From contig NC_079165.1 in NCBI RefSeq assembly GCF_947568905.1, forward strand, positions 103,602,001-103,666,000: a stretch of 64,000 bases of DNA, written 5' to 3'. The DNA is from Ostrea edulis (taxonomy: Eukaryota). Below are positions 61,308 through 64,000 of this stretch, one piece after another; within the stretch, counting starts at the first letter, position 1; every line of letters begins with the position of its first letter. The translations under genes and the position numbers were made by a program. Under the pieces are notes generated by a model. The model was not told the origin of the DNA and searched no databases. It worked only from the letters and a program-made list of their open reading frames with translations.

Positions 61308-64000
61308 CAACCGATGATCTTGTAATAATCGCGCTCTTATTAAGACAAACGATATCGTTAATTCAATAAAAGAGAACAGTACTAGTAACTCAATATTGCT
61401 CTCATTAACTGATGATACAGATTTATTTGATTCATTTAAAGCACGCAATAATTAAGAATTAAACATATCTTTAAATAATGCTATTTTCAATTACTTCATT
61501 TTATGCTAATTTGGTGCTACTCAATAGATCTTATATATTTTAACGGTCGAGTGATTTGACAGATTAGTTTCATAGAGAGTTATTGAACCTGATTATTGAT
61601 GACATTTGTTGGAAAGTTTGGAGGAACTTGTATTGGTGTATTTTGACTTGACATTGCAGGAATATGTATAAGTTATGATTTTCATGTAGTTGATAGGTCA
61701 TTATTGAAAAGTTTAAGTGATTTGTATGTGTTGAAATAGTTTGAGCACATGTTTTGACTTTAGTAGAAATCACCTGATCGTAAGCTGTGGTAAAGTTGTA
61801 GAATTTTAGCTTACTTAATTTGCCAGGGACTTTTAAATGGGTATCCTATAGGAAGTAAACCATAGCTTTATGGATGATGGCATGTTTCCTGTAGTTTAAA
61901 GGCCGGTAATTGGGTATAAAAGCAGCCAATTGGTGAAAATGGTGGAATATATGAATTTTCTGGTCACATTCAGAAACAGGGCGAAATTTGTATTTCAAAC
62001 TAGAGATTGGCAGTTTGTGGGTGTGATTATCTTTTGTTATTGTTTACACCGGATGTTGACTCACATATTGCACGAGTATGCTTGTCTAGTTCTAGATAAG
62101 GGAGATTGCACCAAAGGAAACATGTAATCAAATCACTGTATAACGTGGAAAAAAGTACTTACTCATATCATTGGTAAATCCAGATTTTATTTTTTAATGA
62201 TATATAATCACATTCCTTTAAAAAATTGGTTAACTTTATAAAAATAACTCATTAGGAATGTTCAGTCTGATTGCTGTTTCAGAGTTTTGCAGGATTGCTG
62301 GTACCTTTTCTCGAATAATGTCAAGCATGATGTTTGTCTGATTAAGCAACAATCTCCTAGGCCAGTTGTGCAACTCCCATTGTCTATCACCAATGATGAC
62401 AAAATTTCCAATTGATCAACCATCACTCTAAAATTACTCTCAATCTGGACTCTCACGTGTGAACATTACAATGTCAAAAGAGACAATCACAGATAGTAGA
62501 TCTCCAAATATCATAATGGACAAAGTGTTTCTTAATAATCCTTCAATGCACATGTCCTCAATTGCACAGCTACGATTTTCCCCCAAATTCTTCTCATAAT
62601 TGCAAGGCACCAAGAGGAAAATCATAAGTATTAGTATATCATTTATACCAATATTTGTGTATATTATCATAAAACTACATGTTTTAAAAGACATGGATAA
62701 ATCAATAATGAATTCATTTTGTAGTTCCTAGGGTGAAGTTTTGTTAAAGTAAAAACATATCCTTTCAGTGCCTCACAGATTGAGCAGAGTGGTAAAAAAA
62801 AATGCGGGAAAACGTTAGTTTATTTTGATAAATCATGCCAGTCTCCCTGTTCAAAATATCGTCTGCTACAGAGCACGTGTAGAGTCAAGCATCAGACTGC
62901 TGCTTATTCTGATAACACTGCTAAGCCCTGCCCTCTTGCTATATATGCTTAATTGCTGTAGGGGTGTACATTTTTATAGGTTACTCCCGGCCTCTAACTT
63001 GTTTTCAGTCGATTAACGATGGTTTATTGTCCTGTTGTAAACTGGTAGAATTTGTTTACAGACTTGGTTGTCTTAATTATAGGAGGTCGCGCCCGATCGT
63101 TAAAGTTACTATAGCTTTGGAATTTTTGGAGTTAATCGTGTTATTTGTATTAAACGGAAAATAATTTACTTATTTCAGTTTAGGAATGTATTTAGTGATG
63201 ATTTTAATTCAGAATAGTTGTCTTGTTTGTACTTAGATTTTTCTACGAGTTTTGCCGCTTATGGGAAATGTCACGAGAGATTCTCCGACATTTTCCAACG
63301 TGTACAACGTTTTCCAACTTTTACGTCCTATTTTGTTTTGTTTTTTTATATAAAAGGGAAAGATTCAAGGAATTTTGGTTCTTCTGCGAGGTTCGTTTCC
63401 TTAGTGAAGCTTCGTTTTAGGGGCAAGGAGTTAGAAGTTAGCATGGGTTGGGCATTTTTGTATTTAGACTTGAGAATGACTTTTTAATTTTATTTTAAGA
63501 AGAGCCAGGTATATTTCCAGCACATCTTTGGGTTTTTGGAATTATTTGTGGAATTTCATAAGAAGTTTTGGTTGAGTTAAGTGACTTTTAGTGAATAATT
63601 AGACTTTGTTGAAATTTGCTATTTGTTGAATATTTAGTAAATTGATGTCAGATAATTATAGTTACAGAATTTATTGAAATCCATATATTATTAGATTAGT
63701 GTAAATTATACATTTAGCTGAGGAAGCTAGTGTATTCCTAAATTTTGCTGTTGTTTTATAACTGGAATTCAGACTTACCAGAACTCAGTTTTAGAAATTA
63801 TTCAGGAATTTCAATAGTGTTGGAAATTCACTAAGAAATTAAGTTCAAGGGTCTAAGTTTTAGTTATTGCTTTTTAATTTCATCCAGGAGGTCTGGAAGA
63901 AAGATTGGGAGTCAGGAATAATTTATACTTTTGAGTGTTGGTTGATTTTCCAACATAAGAGTGGTGGGAAAAGTTGTTTATAGACAGATTTAGGTGACTT
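56866..64000. repeat. Right arm of the giant inverted duplication
   Basis: Reverse complement of 47340-54464. Confidence 0.97.
57448..58653 (-). CDS. G6: inverted copy of G5
   Basis: Reverse complement of 52677-53882; no nucleotide difference found in a line-by-line comparison. Confidence 0.95.
   Translation of the reverse strand: MENSTYLSEKLDAWNSELASGLTPNNVILSLYIATSLLGNSTVILIYGFKMRGNKEERYFIPFLAMADLCASLVCASFGIALNMMQAEFNNTHLCKAWWFFAAFTTFTSILFLFIIAVHRYLKVCRPLGKQMILKWKRFALGLGLFVAFIHAVPMVHFYGSVPFPNEEEGIVGLRCSRLKTINKTGSLIFGGVIVLITVACIVTLIFLYAKIGYTILAHFKFSKSPCKPDTSSDTEKSSRINHSQVTISSRNDPLSGTENGTYSIETDNTELSESLPPQTSTKTTGKTLTTNTKLERKLNPYKSSAKRRKERNNQRVVHKFTLMFMLITIIFLICYIPKVIIMLLEARNPKFWEEFSDSARAGVLFVYRMYIINNITNPIIYAFLDEQFAKEIKSLFKVCK

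Noticed and set aside
1330-61448. ORFs with ERERER, YIYIYI, HTHTHT or SLSLSL runs
   Set aside because: Produced by dinucleotide microsatellites

Overview
AT-rich eukaryotic genomic DNA. The repeat content suggests a bivalve mollusc, probably an oyster (inference). The window holds six intronless class A GPCR paralogues of one orphan family: G1 2817+, G2 7647+, G3 13518-, G4 42329/42407+, G5 52677+ and G6 58653-. Between them lie a 12.3-kb array of a 31-bp satellite with higher-order duplications, a dead RTE-clade LINE, many SINE, MITE and Penelope-like fragments, and a decayed cadherin exon split by a retroelement. The most unusual structures are three. (1) A giant palindrome (arms at least 47340-54464 and 56866-64000) carries G5 and G6. 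Its inner 2.3 kb is identical between arms while the outer arms have diverged, and its inner breakpoint is fused to a 5'-truncated GIY-YIG Penelope-like element. (2) An older ~1-kb inverted repeat brackets G5. (3) There are three hammerhead ribozyme motifs, two of them in a 351-nt-period retrozyme-like element. All calls are by eye; no database searches or alignments were run.
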